Source: an uncultured Acidobacteriota bacterium (GTDB lineage: Bacteria > Acidobacteriota > Thermoanaerobaculia > Gp7-AA8). From it: a DNA stretch of 64,000 nt. The notes under the pieces are model-generated. The model made no database searches. It was not told the origin of the DNA and saw only the letters and a program-made list of their open reading frames with translations. The first letter of the stretch is position 1; each line of letters opens with the position of its first letter. Location of the stretch: NCBI GenBank assembly GCA_963822445.1, contig CAWGHO010000003.1, positions 960,001 to 1,024,000 on the forward strand, given 5' to 3'. This document shows positions 1 through 8,978 of the stretch, in pieces. The position numbers and the translations under genes are program-made.

Positions 1-1285
1 GGCCACGAAGGAAGCGGACACGATCATGGCCGGCGAAGTGTGGAAGGTCGACAGCGAGCAGCGCTTCGGCAGCTCTTCCTCCACGAACGACGTCATGGAC
101 ATGGCCGAGCTCTTCCGCCGGTCGGACGTCGTGCTGCACGCGATCGACATCAAGGGACTCCGTGGAGCAGCAACAGACGCGAGCACGGCCAACGCCACGC
201 AGGGCAAATCGGTCGAGTCGCTTCACATGATCACCCGGCCCACCGGCGGAACGGTCTTCAAGAACTCCAACGATCTCGGCGAGACGTTCCAGAAGATGTT
301 GAAGCAGCAGGAGATCATTTATCTCATCGGCTTCCAGGCCCGCGGCACCGGCAAACCGGGCAAGTTTCATTCGCTGAAAGTGAAGGCGAACACCCCTCGC
401 GGCACGCGCGTGGCCCATCGCGTCGGCTACTACGAGCAGAGCGAGCAGATGACGGATCTCGAGCGGAACCTCACCCTCGCCGAGATCCTGATGACCGACG
501 CGCAGATCGAGGACGTCGTTCTCAATCTCGGCGCGACCACGCTGCCCGGGCCGGGAGGAAAGGCGCGGGTTCCGGTGGTGGTGGAGATCCCCGCGAGCGG
601 ATTACTCCAGGAATTGAAGGGCTCGAAGGCGAGTGCGCAGTTGCTGCTTTACGCGTTCAATGAGCACGATCAGGTCGTGGACTTCCTGCAGGAGCGCATC
701 GGCCTCGACCTCGACGTCGCCGGCGACGCCGTTCGCAAGGGCGGCGTCCGCTATTACGGAACGCTGCGGCTGCCTCCGGGCAAACACGCCCTGAAGGCGC
801 TGGTGCGGGTGAACGAGACCGGTCGCATCGGCTACAAGCGCGAAGACGTGGACGTTCCGGCCTTCGACAAGGCCGCGATCATGCCGCCGGTGGTATTCGA
901 GGATCCGGGTCAGTGGGCGATGCTGTTCGGGCCCGCGCGCGGCGACGACTACCCGTACCCGTTCGCCGTCGGCGACGCGAAGTACATCCCCAAGAGCGAG
1001 CCGGAAGTGAAGGCGGGCCAGGAGTACAAGATCGCGCTGTTCCTGAATCGCGTACCGCTCGAGAATCTTTCGGTCCTGCCGACGCTGATCACGAAGGGCG
1101 GAACGCCGCAGCCCGCGAACCTGAAGCTCCTCGGCCGCAGCAGCGCCGACGAGCGCGGCTCGGTGAAGCTGATCTTCAACTTCACGCCGCAGAACATCGC
1201 CGCGGGCAATCACCAGCTTCGCTTCGATGTGAAGACCAGCGACGGAACGGAGACGGCAGTGACCCTGCCGTTCATCGTCCGCTGA
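1..1285 (+). CDS. VWA domain-containing protein (Acidobacterial VWFA-related type), 5'-truncated by window
   Basis: VWA C-terminal signature (VVLHAIDIKGL...TGGTVFKNSNDL...YLIGF...GKFHSLKVK...RVGYY) followed by Ig-like beta-sandwich domains; frame open from window edge. Confidence 0.8.
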   Translation, partial: ATKEADTIMAGEVWKVDSEQRFGSSSSTNDVMDMAELFRRSDVVLHAIDIKGLRGAATDASTANATQGKSVESLHMITRPTGGTVFKNSNDLGETFQKMLKQQEIIYLIGFQARGTGKPGKFHSLKVKANTPRGTRVAHRVGYYEQSEQMTDLERNLTLAEILMTDAQIEDVVLNLGATTLPGPGGKARVPVVVEIPASGLLQELKGSKASAQLLLYAFNEHDQVVDFLQERIGLDLDVAGDAVRKGGVRYYGTLRLPPGKHALKALVRVNETGRIGYKREDVDVPAFDKAAIMPPVVFEDPGQWAMLFGPARGDDYPYPFAVGDAKYIPKSEPEVKAGQEYKIALFLNRVPLENLSVLPTLITKGGTPQPANLKLLGRSSADERGSVKLIFNFTPQNIAAGNHQLRFDVKTSDGTETAVTLPFIVR

Positions 1286-1308
1286 TCGAACCGTATACTT
1301 TGCCTCGC

Positions 1309-2007
1309 GTGGAAAACGGCGTTTCGGAGTTCGAGCAGCGCATCGGTTACACGTTCGTCCGCCGCGATCTCCTGCGGCGCGCGCTCACTCACAAGTCGTA
1401 CTCGCACGAGGCGAAGGACTTCGAGGTCCGCCACAACGAGACCTTCGAGTTTCTCGGCGACTCGGTCCTCGGCTTCGTCATCGGCGACCTGCTCTTCCAG
1501 CACTTTCCGGCAGCTCGATGAAGGCGCGCTTTCGAAGATGAAGGCGTACCTCGTCAGCGCCCCGAGCCTCGCGAAAAAAGCCGCGCGAGTACGGGATGGG
1601 CGACGTGATCCTCCTCGGCGTCGGCGAGGAGAAAACCGGCGGCCGGAAGAAGGACTCGCTGCTCGCGAACCTGTTCGAGGCGGTGATCGCCGCGATCTAC
1701 CTCGACGGCGGCATCGAGCCGGCGCGCAAGGTGATCGAGAGCACGTTCCGCGATGACATCCGCGCGATCGACGAGGAGGACCTTCTCTTTCACGACTACA
1801 AGACCGCGCTGCAGGAAGTCGCGCAGGCGAAGGGGCTTCCGTTGCCGGAGTACAACGTCGTGGCCGAGGTGGGGCCGGATCACGACAAGCGTTTCGTGGT
1901 CGAGGTGAAGCTCGGGCGGCCAGACGTCGCAGGGCGAAGGCTCATCGAAAAAGGAAGCGCAGCAGCAGGCGGCTCGTCATGCATTGCGCGAATTCGCTAA
2001 TCGGTGA
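1309..2007 (+). CDS. rnc: Ribonuclease III (three apparent frameshifts, probably sequencing indels)
   Basis: ALTHKSY..HNETFEFLGDSVLG signature, then LSKMKAYLVS, LANLFEAVIAAIYLDGG and dsRBD DYKTALQE...GPDHDKRF...GEGSSKKEAQQQAA spread over several frames; GTG start 1309, TGA 2005-2007. Confidence 0.92.
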
Positions 2008-3280
2008 GATCAAAAGGGACCGACCGGGGGGCCTCCGGCGGGCCGGCACGGCCGGCAGCGCTGATGTTGGCGTGAACGCGGGTAGCGCAACCAGCGCGGT
2101 CGCGGCAGAAGGCACAACCAGCGCCTGCCGGCCCGTGGCCGGCCCGCCGGAGGCCCCCCGTCGTTCCCTCTTGATCGCAGCCCTGATCGCGATTCTCGCG
2201 GTGACGCCGGCGCACTCCCAGCGCACCGACCTCGATCGCATCCGCACCGACATCTCCAACCTTCGCAAACGCCTCGACAACGTTCGCCGGCAGGCCCAAT
2301 CGGCGGCGCGCGCAGCTGGAGGAAGTCGATCTCGAGCTTGGAATCCGGACGCAATGAGCTCGAGCTCGCGGCGCGCGAGGAGACGCGGATCAACGGGGAG
2401 CGCATCGCGACGCAGACGCAGATCGACGAGCTCATTCCGCGCATCGCCCGGCAGAAAGAAGACCTCCGCAAGCGTCTGGTCGCCCTCTACCGCCTCGGAG
2501 GGCTGAGTTACCTCCGCGTCCTTCTGACGTTGGAGAGCGATCGCAATCCCATCGAAGCCGTCTCCATGCTCAGCTACCTCGTTTCCCGCGATGCGCGTGC
2601 CGTTTCGCGGTTTCAGACGTCGCAAGGAACAACTGGCGGCGCGGCAGGTCGAGCTTGCCGATCGGCTCGCGCAGCTGCAGCAGGTCAAAGTGGTCGTCGA
2701 ACAGCGGCGGCGGGCGGTCGAGGTGGCGTACAAGCAACAACAGGCGGTGGTTGCGCGTCTAAGGACAGAGGAAACCGGTGCGGAACAGCAATTGGCGGTG
2801 CTCGAAGAGAAGGCCAGGCGGCTTCAGCGGCTCGTCGATGCCCTGTCCCAGACCCAGCGGGGCATCGGTCACGCGCTCGACATCCGCAGCGTTCAGGGTG
2901 CGCTCGACTGGCCGGTCAAGGGGAAAGTGTTCGAGCGGTTCGGCAAGCAGCGTAACCCGAAGTTTGCAACCTTCACGATCAATAACGGCCTGAAAATCGA
3001 GGCAGTTGCGGGCACACCCGTGCGGGCCGTGTTCGCTGGAACAGTTCTGTTTTCGCAGTGGTTCAAGGGGTACGGTAACTTGATCATTCTGGACCATGGG
3101 AATCGCGTCTTCTCGCTGTACGGCAACGTGAAGGCGTCGACGGTAGCCGTTGGTGATCGGATCGCCACCGGCCAGCCGATTGCAGGAGTGGGCGAGAGCG
3201 AGGACGCGAGCTCCGGCCATCTCTACTTCGAGATCCGGCAGGACAATCGCCCGGAAGATCCACAGACCTGGCTGCGCTGA
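2004..3280 (+). CDS. EnvC-like coiled-coil plus degenerate M23 (LytM) protein, murein hydrolase activator (frameshifted; start uncertain)
   Basis: Signal peptide LIAALIAILAVTPAHS, long coiled coil, C-terminal WPVKGKV..FG...GYGNLIILDHG...HLYFEIR; Zn ligands missing (NNGLK, YGNV); GTG at 2004 overlaps rnc stop. Confidence 0.82.
2025..2160. repeat. Palindromic REP/MITE-like element (GGCCTCCGGC family)
   Basis: Arms cggggggcctccggcgggccggc... and ...gccggcccgccggaggccccccg are reverse complements over ~40 nt. Confidence 0.85.
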
Positions 3281-4474
3281 TGACGAAAAAACAAATCGCT
3301 TTCCTCTCCCTCTCCGTGGTGCTGATGATGACGCTGCTCGCGGGCGCCCTGTTCGGGCAGGCCACGCAGAAGAGCAACGTCTACCGATACCTGAGCATCT
3401 TCTCCGAGGTGTTCGACCTGGTGAGGAGCAACTACGTCGAGACCGTGACCTCCGAGCAGCTGATGGACGGCGCGTTCTCCGGCGTGACCGACGCCATCGA
3501 CGAGTTCAGCTACTACGTTCCGCCGATCGACATGCCGGCGCATGCGAAGTTCAGCGACATCGATGACAACGGCATCGGCGTCGTCGTCAGCAAGCGCTTC
3601 GGCTACGCGTACGTCGTGTCGGCCGTCGAAGGCTCGCCGGCGGACAAGGCCGGCGTCGAGCGGGGCGACTTCATCGAGAAGATCAACGGCAAGCTCGACC
3701 ACCACGATGCAGGTCTGGCAGATTCGCAATGCCCTGCGCAACAACGGGCCGGTCAAGCTGCAGATCCTGCACGGCGGCGAAACCAAGCGCTCCGAGATCG
3801 CCGTTTCGCCCGCCGAGTTCCATCCGCTCAAAGTCTCCAACGAGACCATCTCCGGCGTCGCGTACGTGAAGATTCCTTACTTCGAGAAAGGCTCCGCGGC
3901 CGAGTTCCGCGCCGCTCTCGACGACGTGCGCAAGCGCAACATCCGCAAGCTGATCGTCGACGTCCGCGGCAATGCCGGCGGCGTCGTCGAGGAAGCAATC
4001 ACCGCTGCCGACGATCTACTGACCAGCGGCGTCATCACCGCGCTCGAAGGCCGCACCGTCGAGGCGAAGAAGTGGCAGGCCGATCGCGAGACCGCGTTCG
4101 ACGGCGAGGTCGAAGTCCTCACCGACATGTCCACCGCGGCCGGCGGCGAGATCTTCGCCGGTGCCATTCGCGGCAACAACCGCGGCAAGGTCATCGGCGT
4201 GACCACGTACGGCAAGGCCATCGTCCAGAAATTCATCCCGCTCTCCAGCGGCGGCGGCGTGCAGATGACCGTCGCGCACTACACCACTCCCGACCTCAAG
4301 GCCATCACCGAGACTGGTGTGAAGCCCGATGTCGTCGTCGATCTCTCCACCCAGGCCCTCGACGATCCCGAGAAGAAGGACAAAGCCGACGAGGTCGATC
4401 TGATTCTCGAGAGAGCGCTCCGCCTCTTCGGCGCGATGCCTCCGGAGAAGGTCGTCGAGAAGAAGGCCGCTTAG
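3280..4474 (+). CDS. S41 (CtpA-like) PDZ protease homolog, one frameshift near 3695
   Basis: N-terminal TM, PDZ (GIGVVV...GSPADKAGVERGDFI), IVDVRGNAGG, TYGKAIVQ, HYTTPD, GVKPDV. Confidence 0.88.
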
Positions 4475-4506
4475 GCACACACTGACGGCATTTCGACGCA
4501 AACCAT

Positions 4507-4530
4507 GACGCCCGGCTCCCGCCGGGCGTT
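4507..4530. terminator. GC hairpin after the S41 gene
   Basis: acgcccggc-tccc-gccgggcgt. Confidence 0.5.
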
Positions 4531-4550
4531 ATACTTATTGCGGTCCAAAA

Positions 4551-5708
4551 ATGCCCCTTCTCTCCATCCGTCTGTTCGGGGAGTTGTCTGCAACCGATTA
4601 CCGCGGAAACGCGCTGTCGATAGGCAACCGCCGCACGCAGGCCCTCGTGGTCTATCTCGCGCTTCGCGGCGGCAGGACGTCCATCGCGGAGATCGGCGAG
4701 CTGCTGTTCGAAGATCCGGGTGCGGAAACGCAGGTGCGCGCGGTCATTCGCGATCTTCAGTACGCGCTTCGCTATCTCTCGCCGGAGATCCTCGTCGACG
4801 ACGGACGGACGGTTCGCTTCAATCGCGACGAGGTGTCGGTCGACGCGCAGGAGTTCAACGACCTCATCTCCGGACCGTCGATCAACACCATCCGCAAGGC
4901 CGTCGAGATCTACCGCGGCAATCTCCTCGATAACTTCAGTACCGGCATCCGCCCTTTCGATGAATGGCTGGCCGAGCGGCGGTTGAACATGTGGCGCGGC
5001 GCGCTGTCGATGTTCGGCACGCTGCTGACCACGCAGATCAGGGCAGGGTGGTGGGAAGAGGCCGTCGAAACGGCCGGACGGCTGCTGTCGCTCGATCCGT
5101 CGCAGGAAGTAGTGCACCGCACGCTGATGCGGCTGCAACTCGAGCAGGGCCGCGCCGATGCAGCCATGCGCCGCTACCAGGAATGCGCGGACGTCCTCCG
5201 CCGCGATTACGGACGCGAGCCGAGCGCGGAGACGGAGCGTCTGCGCCAGGAGATTGCCGTTGCCCTCGAGCGCGAGCCCGCGCCTCGCGAGGTCTCGCCG
5301 TCCTCGCGCAAAAACGGCGGACCGACCCTCGTTCTCGTCGTCGAAGATGACCTGGTCTCCTCCGCGCTCATCGACGCCTTCCTCGTCGAAGCGGGATATG
5401 AAGTGGTCACCGTTGCCGACGGCGCGGACGCGCTGCTCGAGCTCGGCCGGCGCAAGTTCGATCTGCTCATCCTCGACATCAACATCCCTACGCTCAGCGG
5501 CCTGAAGCTCTTCGAGATCATGCTGCAGAAGCAGATCCAAACGCCGGCCCTCTTCATCACCGGCATCAGCGGCGTCGAAGTGGAAACGCGCAGCCTGGAA
5601 ATGGGCGCCGCCGGTTTCCTGCGTAAGCCAATCCGCAAGGAAGTGCTGGTTCCCAAGGTGCGGGGTATCCTGAAGCGCAGCGGCCGTCACGCGGCCGCCG
5701 GCGAATAA
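4551..5708 (+). CDS. SARP-type regulator: wHTH + BTAD + C-terminal receiver domain
   Basis: IRLFGEL...ALVVYLAL; AVEIYRGNLL..FDEWLAERR; LLSLDPSQEVVHRTLMRL; REC VLVVEDD...LLILDINIP...FLRKP. Confidence 0.85.
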   Translation: MPLLSIRLFGELSATDYRGNALSIGNRRTQALVVYLALRGGRTSIAEIGELLFEDPGAETQVRAVIRDLQYALRYLSPEILVDDGRTVRFNRDEVSVDAQEFNDLISGPSINTIRKAVEIYRGNLLDNFSTGIRPFDEWLAERRLNMWRGALSMFGTLLTTQIRAGWWEEAVETAGRLLSLDPSQEVVHRTLMRLQLEQGRADAAMRRYQECADVLRRDYGREPSAETERLRQEIAVALEREPAPREVSPSSRKNGGPTLVLVVEDDLVSSALIDAFLVEAGYEVVTVADGADALLELGRRKFDLLILDINIPTLSGLKLFEIMLQKQIQTPALFITGISGVEVETRSLEMGAAGFLRKPIRKEVLVPKVRGILKRSGRHAAAGE

Positions 5709-5713
5709 GGAAC

Positions 5714-8101
5714 ATGCCCGCTTCCCCCCTCGAACAGAAACCGGAGCCCAGCCGGCGCGACCGCCGTTACCGCCTGGCCGCATACGAGCTGCCGCTGCTG
5801 CGCCTCATCGGCTCCGTTTTTCTGACGTTCGCGGTCTGGCTGAACAACCGCTACCTCGTTCCCACGGCGGACATCGACGCGTGGAAGACAGTCGCGGCGA
5901 TCTTGGCGATTTACGCCGCCGTCTCCTGGCTCGTCCTTATCGCATTCCTCCGCCGGCGCCGCGACCTCACCCCCTGGATCCTCGGCGGCGATCTCCTGGT
6001 CTGGACCGCGGTCCTTTATCTGACGGGCGCCGAGCAGAGCTGGCTGTTTTTCGTGCTCCTTCTTCGCGTTGCCGACCAGACTCAGACCACATTCCGCCGC
6101 GCGATCGCATTCTCGATGTGGGCCACGGCCTGCTACGCGGCGATGCTCGTCTGGGTGCTCGTCGACGGGCGGACGCTCGACGTCGCCGCCGCGATGTCCC
6201 GGCTCGCGTTCATCTTCATCGCCGGTCTTTACATCGCCCTTGCGGCACGGACAGCGGAGGCCCGACGGGTGCGACTGGCCGGTGCGATCCGCACGTCGCG
6301 CAATCTGATCCGCCGATTGGAAGAGCAGTCCATCGAGCTGCGCGAAGCTCATACGCGTGCCGAGGAGGCGAGTGCGGCGAAGAGCGAATTCGTGGCGAAC
6401 ATGTCCCACGAGATGCGCACGCCGTTGCAGGGCGTGCTGGGTGTGCTGCAACTGGCGATCGAAGACGAGCCGTCTGAAGCGAAGGCGCGGCGTCTGGAAA
6501 CGGCGAAGCGCTCGGCCGAAACGCTTCTGTCGATGATCGACGACATCCTCGATTTCTCGCGCATCGAAGCGAGGAAGCTCGAGCTCGAACCGGTCTACTT
6601 CTCTTTGCGCCACATGCTCGCCGAAACGATGAAGGCCCTCGGCGTGATCGCAGCGGGCAAGCGGCTCACCCTTTCATATCTCGTGCAGCCCGACGTCCCG
6701 GAGACGGTGTGGGGCGACCCGCAGCGGCTGCGGCAGGTGCTGGTCAACCTCGTCGGCAACGCCGTGAAGTTCACGCACGAGGGGGAGATCATGGTCACGG
6801 TCAGCCGCGCCCAGGCCAAGGTCCGCTTCGACGTTCGCGACACCGGGATCGGAATCGCACCGTCGGTTCGCGAGCGGATCTTCGAGCCGTTCACGCAGGC
6901 GGATTCGTCGTTCGGACGCCGTCACGGCGGCGCGGGACTCGGCCTTTCGATCGTCGCGCGTCTGCTCGAAGTGATGGGCGGCACTGTCGACGTCTCGAGC
7001 GAGCAGGGCGCGGGCTCGGTGTTCTCGTTCATCGTTCCGCTGACTGCCGATGCCATCGGCGCCGGACCTCATCGGCGTCCATGGGAAGCGACGCTCGCGG
7101 GAAGTTCGGTACTGGTCGTCGAGCCGGCGGAGATGTCGCGAGGAGCGATCGCAGAGATGCTCCGCAGCCGCGGGATTTTCGCCAGCGCGTTCGCATCAGC
7201 TTCGCAGGCGCCGGAAGGCGGCCGCTATCTCTGCGCGGTCACTGCCGATTCGCGAGTGACCGTGCAGCCGCAGGTGCTCATCGCCTCGCCGCTGTCGCCG
7301 CCCGAAGACACGATTCACGTCACCCGTCCGATCGTGGAGCGCGAGCTCATCGACGCCATCGGCGTGGCCCTCGGCCTGGTCACGCACCACGTCGAATACA
7401 GCCTTCCTCTGCGCACGCCGGCCGACAATCCGCAGCGGATTCTCCTCGTCGACGACAACGAAGTGAACCGCGAGGTCCTCGGCGAAATGATCCGCCGCCT
7501 CGGCCATCAGGTCACCCTGGCGTGGGACGGCGAGGAAGCGCTGTCCGCGCTGGCGCGCGAGAAATTCGACCTCGTGTTCATGGACGTGCAGCTTCCCGGC
7601 ATCGACGGGCTGGAGGCGACGCGCCGGTTCCGCGCCGCCGGCGGAACGACGCCGATCGTCGCGCTCACGGCTCACTCGACGCGGGATGACGCGGAGCGAT
7701 GCATCGCCGCGGGAATGCGATCGGTGCTGGTGAAGCCCGTCGATTCCGCGCAACTCGCCGCGATGATCTCCGACACGCCGCACGCATCGGAGTCGCTGCT
7801 CGATGTCGTGGGAGGAAACGCCGATCTCTTCGCCCGCGTGCGCGAGGTGTTCGCACGGCAGACGCCGGAGATCCTCGCCGCGATGCGCGCCGCCGCGGCC
7901 GCGCGCGACAGCGATGCACTCGCGCGTCAAGCTCACAAGCTCAAGGGCTCGCTGAGCAACTTCCCCGGGCAGAGCGGCGTGGCCGTTGCCGCGAACCTCG
8001 AGAACGCCGCCCGCCTCGGCGATCTGGAGCGCGTCGACGCGATGGTCGACGAGCTCGAGGCCGCGGTGGCGCGCCTGAACGCGCAACTGGCGACGGTGTA
8101 G
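5714..8101 (+). CDS. Hybrid sensor histidine kinase (multi-TM, HisKA, HATPase, degenerate REC, REC, HPt)
   Basis: KSEFVANMSHEMRTPL, NLVGNAVKFT, DTGIGI, GAGLGL, FMDVQLP, AHKLKGS. Confidence 0.92.
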   Translation: MPASPLEQKPEPSRRDRRYRLAAYELPLLRLIGSVFLTFAVWLNNRYLVPTADIDAWKTVAAILAIYAAVSWLVLIAFLRRRRDLTPWILGGDLLVWTAVLYLTGAEQSWLFFVLLLRVADQTQTTFRRAIAFSMWATACYAAMLVWVLVDGRTLDVAAAMSRLAFIFIAGLYIALAARTAEARRVRLAGAIRTSRNLIRRLEEQSIELREAHTRAEEASAAKSEFVANMSHEMRTPLQGVLGVLQLAIEDEPSEAKARRLETAKRSAETLLSMIDDILDFSRIEARKLELEPVYFSLRHMLAETMKALGVIAAGKRLTLSYLVQPDVPETVWGDPQRLRQVLVNLVGNAVKFTHEGEIMVTVSRAQAKVRFDVRDTGIGIAPSVRERIFEPFTQADSSFGRRHGGAGLGLSIVARLLEVMGGTVDVSSEQGAGSVFSFIVPLTADAIGAGPHRRPWEATLAGSSVLVVEPAEMSRGAIAEMLRSRGIFASAFASASQAPEGGRYLCAVTADSRVTVQPQVLIASPLSPPEDTIHVTRPIVERELIDAIGVALGLVTHHVEYSLPLRTPADNPQRILLVDDNEVNREVLGEMIRRLGHQVTLAWDGEEALSALAREKFDLVFMDVQLPGIDGLEATRRFRAAGGTTPIVALTAHSTRDDAERCIAAGMRSVLVKPVDSAQLAAMISDTPHASESLLDVVGGNADLFARVREVFARQTPEILAAMRAAAAARDSDALARQAHKLKGSLSNFPGQSGVAVAANLENAARLGDLERVDAMVDELEAAVARLNAQLATV

Positions 8102-8163
8102 TGTGGGCCTCCGGCCTACCTTTTGGCCCCCACCCAAAGGTAGGCCGGAGGCCCACACTACAC
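8096..8163. repeat. 28-bp perfect inverted repeat, REP-like with GTAG; probable bidirectional terminator
   Basis: gtgtagtgtgggcctccggcctaccttt ... aaaggtaggccggaggcccacactacac between convergent genes. Confidence 0.85.
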
Positions 8164-8167
8164 GGAA

Positions 8168-8866
8168 TCAGTCGAGGTGCCGTTTCGTCGCGGGCACGCA
8201 CAACATCCGCGGGGCGATCACCACGTAAGTCTGGCCGCCGAACTGATCGCGCACGTCAACCTTGCGCTTGCGGAACTCCTTCGAGGGCTTCACCTCGTAG
8301 CAGAGGTAGTGATCCAGCTGGTTCTTCGCCGGTTCCACCTTGAAGTACGCCGCGCCGGCGCCGAACGGGCTGGCCACCGCCTTGATCGTCAGCGAGTGCG
8401 GTCCGGGGCCGACCGTGAACGTTCCCTTGCTGACCAGCGGATCGGCGAAGCAGGGATCGGGATCCGGGCCGCAGTCGCCGCTCGTGGCGGGAGCCGAGGT
8501 CACGCCGATCGACGTGCCGAAGTCGAAGACCTCGAAACGATCGCCGCGAAGGAACGCGTCCGTGACGCTGACCGTCGCGCCGCCGGCCGGTGCGGTGAAC
8601 GTCCAGGGCGGATCCCCGGCGAACACGGCGTTGACGCCGGGGCCGGCACATCCGCCGGCGAGACAGCCGGTCGCGAAGCTGCCGGCGCCGCCGAACAGGA
8701 ACTCCTGCCACGGGCCGGCCGTCGGGACGGTCACCGGATCGAAGGCCGTGTCGCGCTGCGGCGGCGTGCCGCGCGTGCCCCTGATGCCGTTCTGTTGCGC
8801 GTTGATGGAGAGGGTGGAGAGAACGACGAGACAAACGAACGTCAGAGACCGGAAGAATTTGGACAT
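8168..8866 (-). CDS. Secreted Cys-containing hypothetical protein
   Basis: Signal peptide; beta domain VTDAFLRGDRFEVFD...; C-terminal DHYLCY...DQFG...LCVPATK module; AGGAG RBS upstream. Confidence 0.75.
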   Translation of the reverse strand: MSKFFRSLTFVCLVVLSTLSINAQQNGIRGTRGTPPQRDTAFDPVTVPTAGPWQEFLFGGAGSFATGCLAGGCAGPGVNAVFAGDPPWTFTAPAGGATVSVTDAFLRGDRFEVFDFGTSIGVTSAPATSGDCGPDPDPCFADPLVSKGTFTVGPGPHSLTIKAVASPFGAGAAYFKVEPAKNQLDHYLCYEVKPSKEFRKRKVDVRDQFGGQTYVVIAPRMLCVPATKRHLD

Positions 8867-8937
8867 ATCGCTACTCCTGTAGTTAGTCGAGGCATTGGAG
8901 CCTCACAGAAGTAGTGACGGAAAGACGGCCGGCGTTA

Positions 8938-8970
8938 CAGCCCTCTCCCCGACGCGCGGGAAGAGGGCTG
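8938..8970. repeat. CCCTCTCCC-type palindrome / terminator downstream of the giant protein gene
   Basis: cagccctctcccc-gacgcgc-gggaagagggctg. Confidence 0.6.
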
Positions 8971-8978
8971 GCAAATCG

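Noticed and set aside
1309-4474. True pseudogenes of rnc, envC and ctpA
   Set aside because: Conserved genes with only single-base indels and otherwise conserved sequence; sequencing error is more likely; no slippery-site evidence for programmed frameshifting
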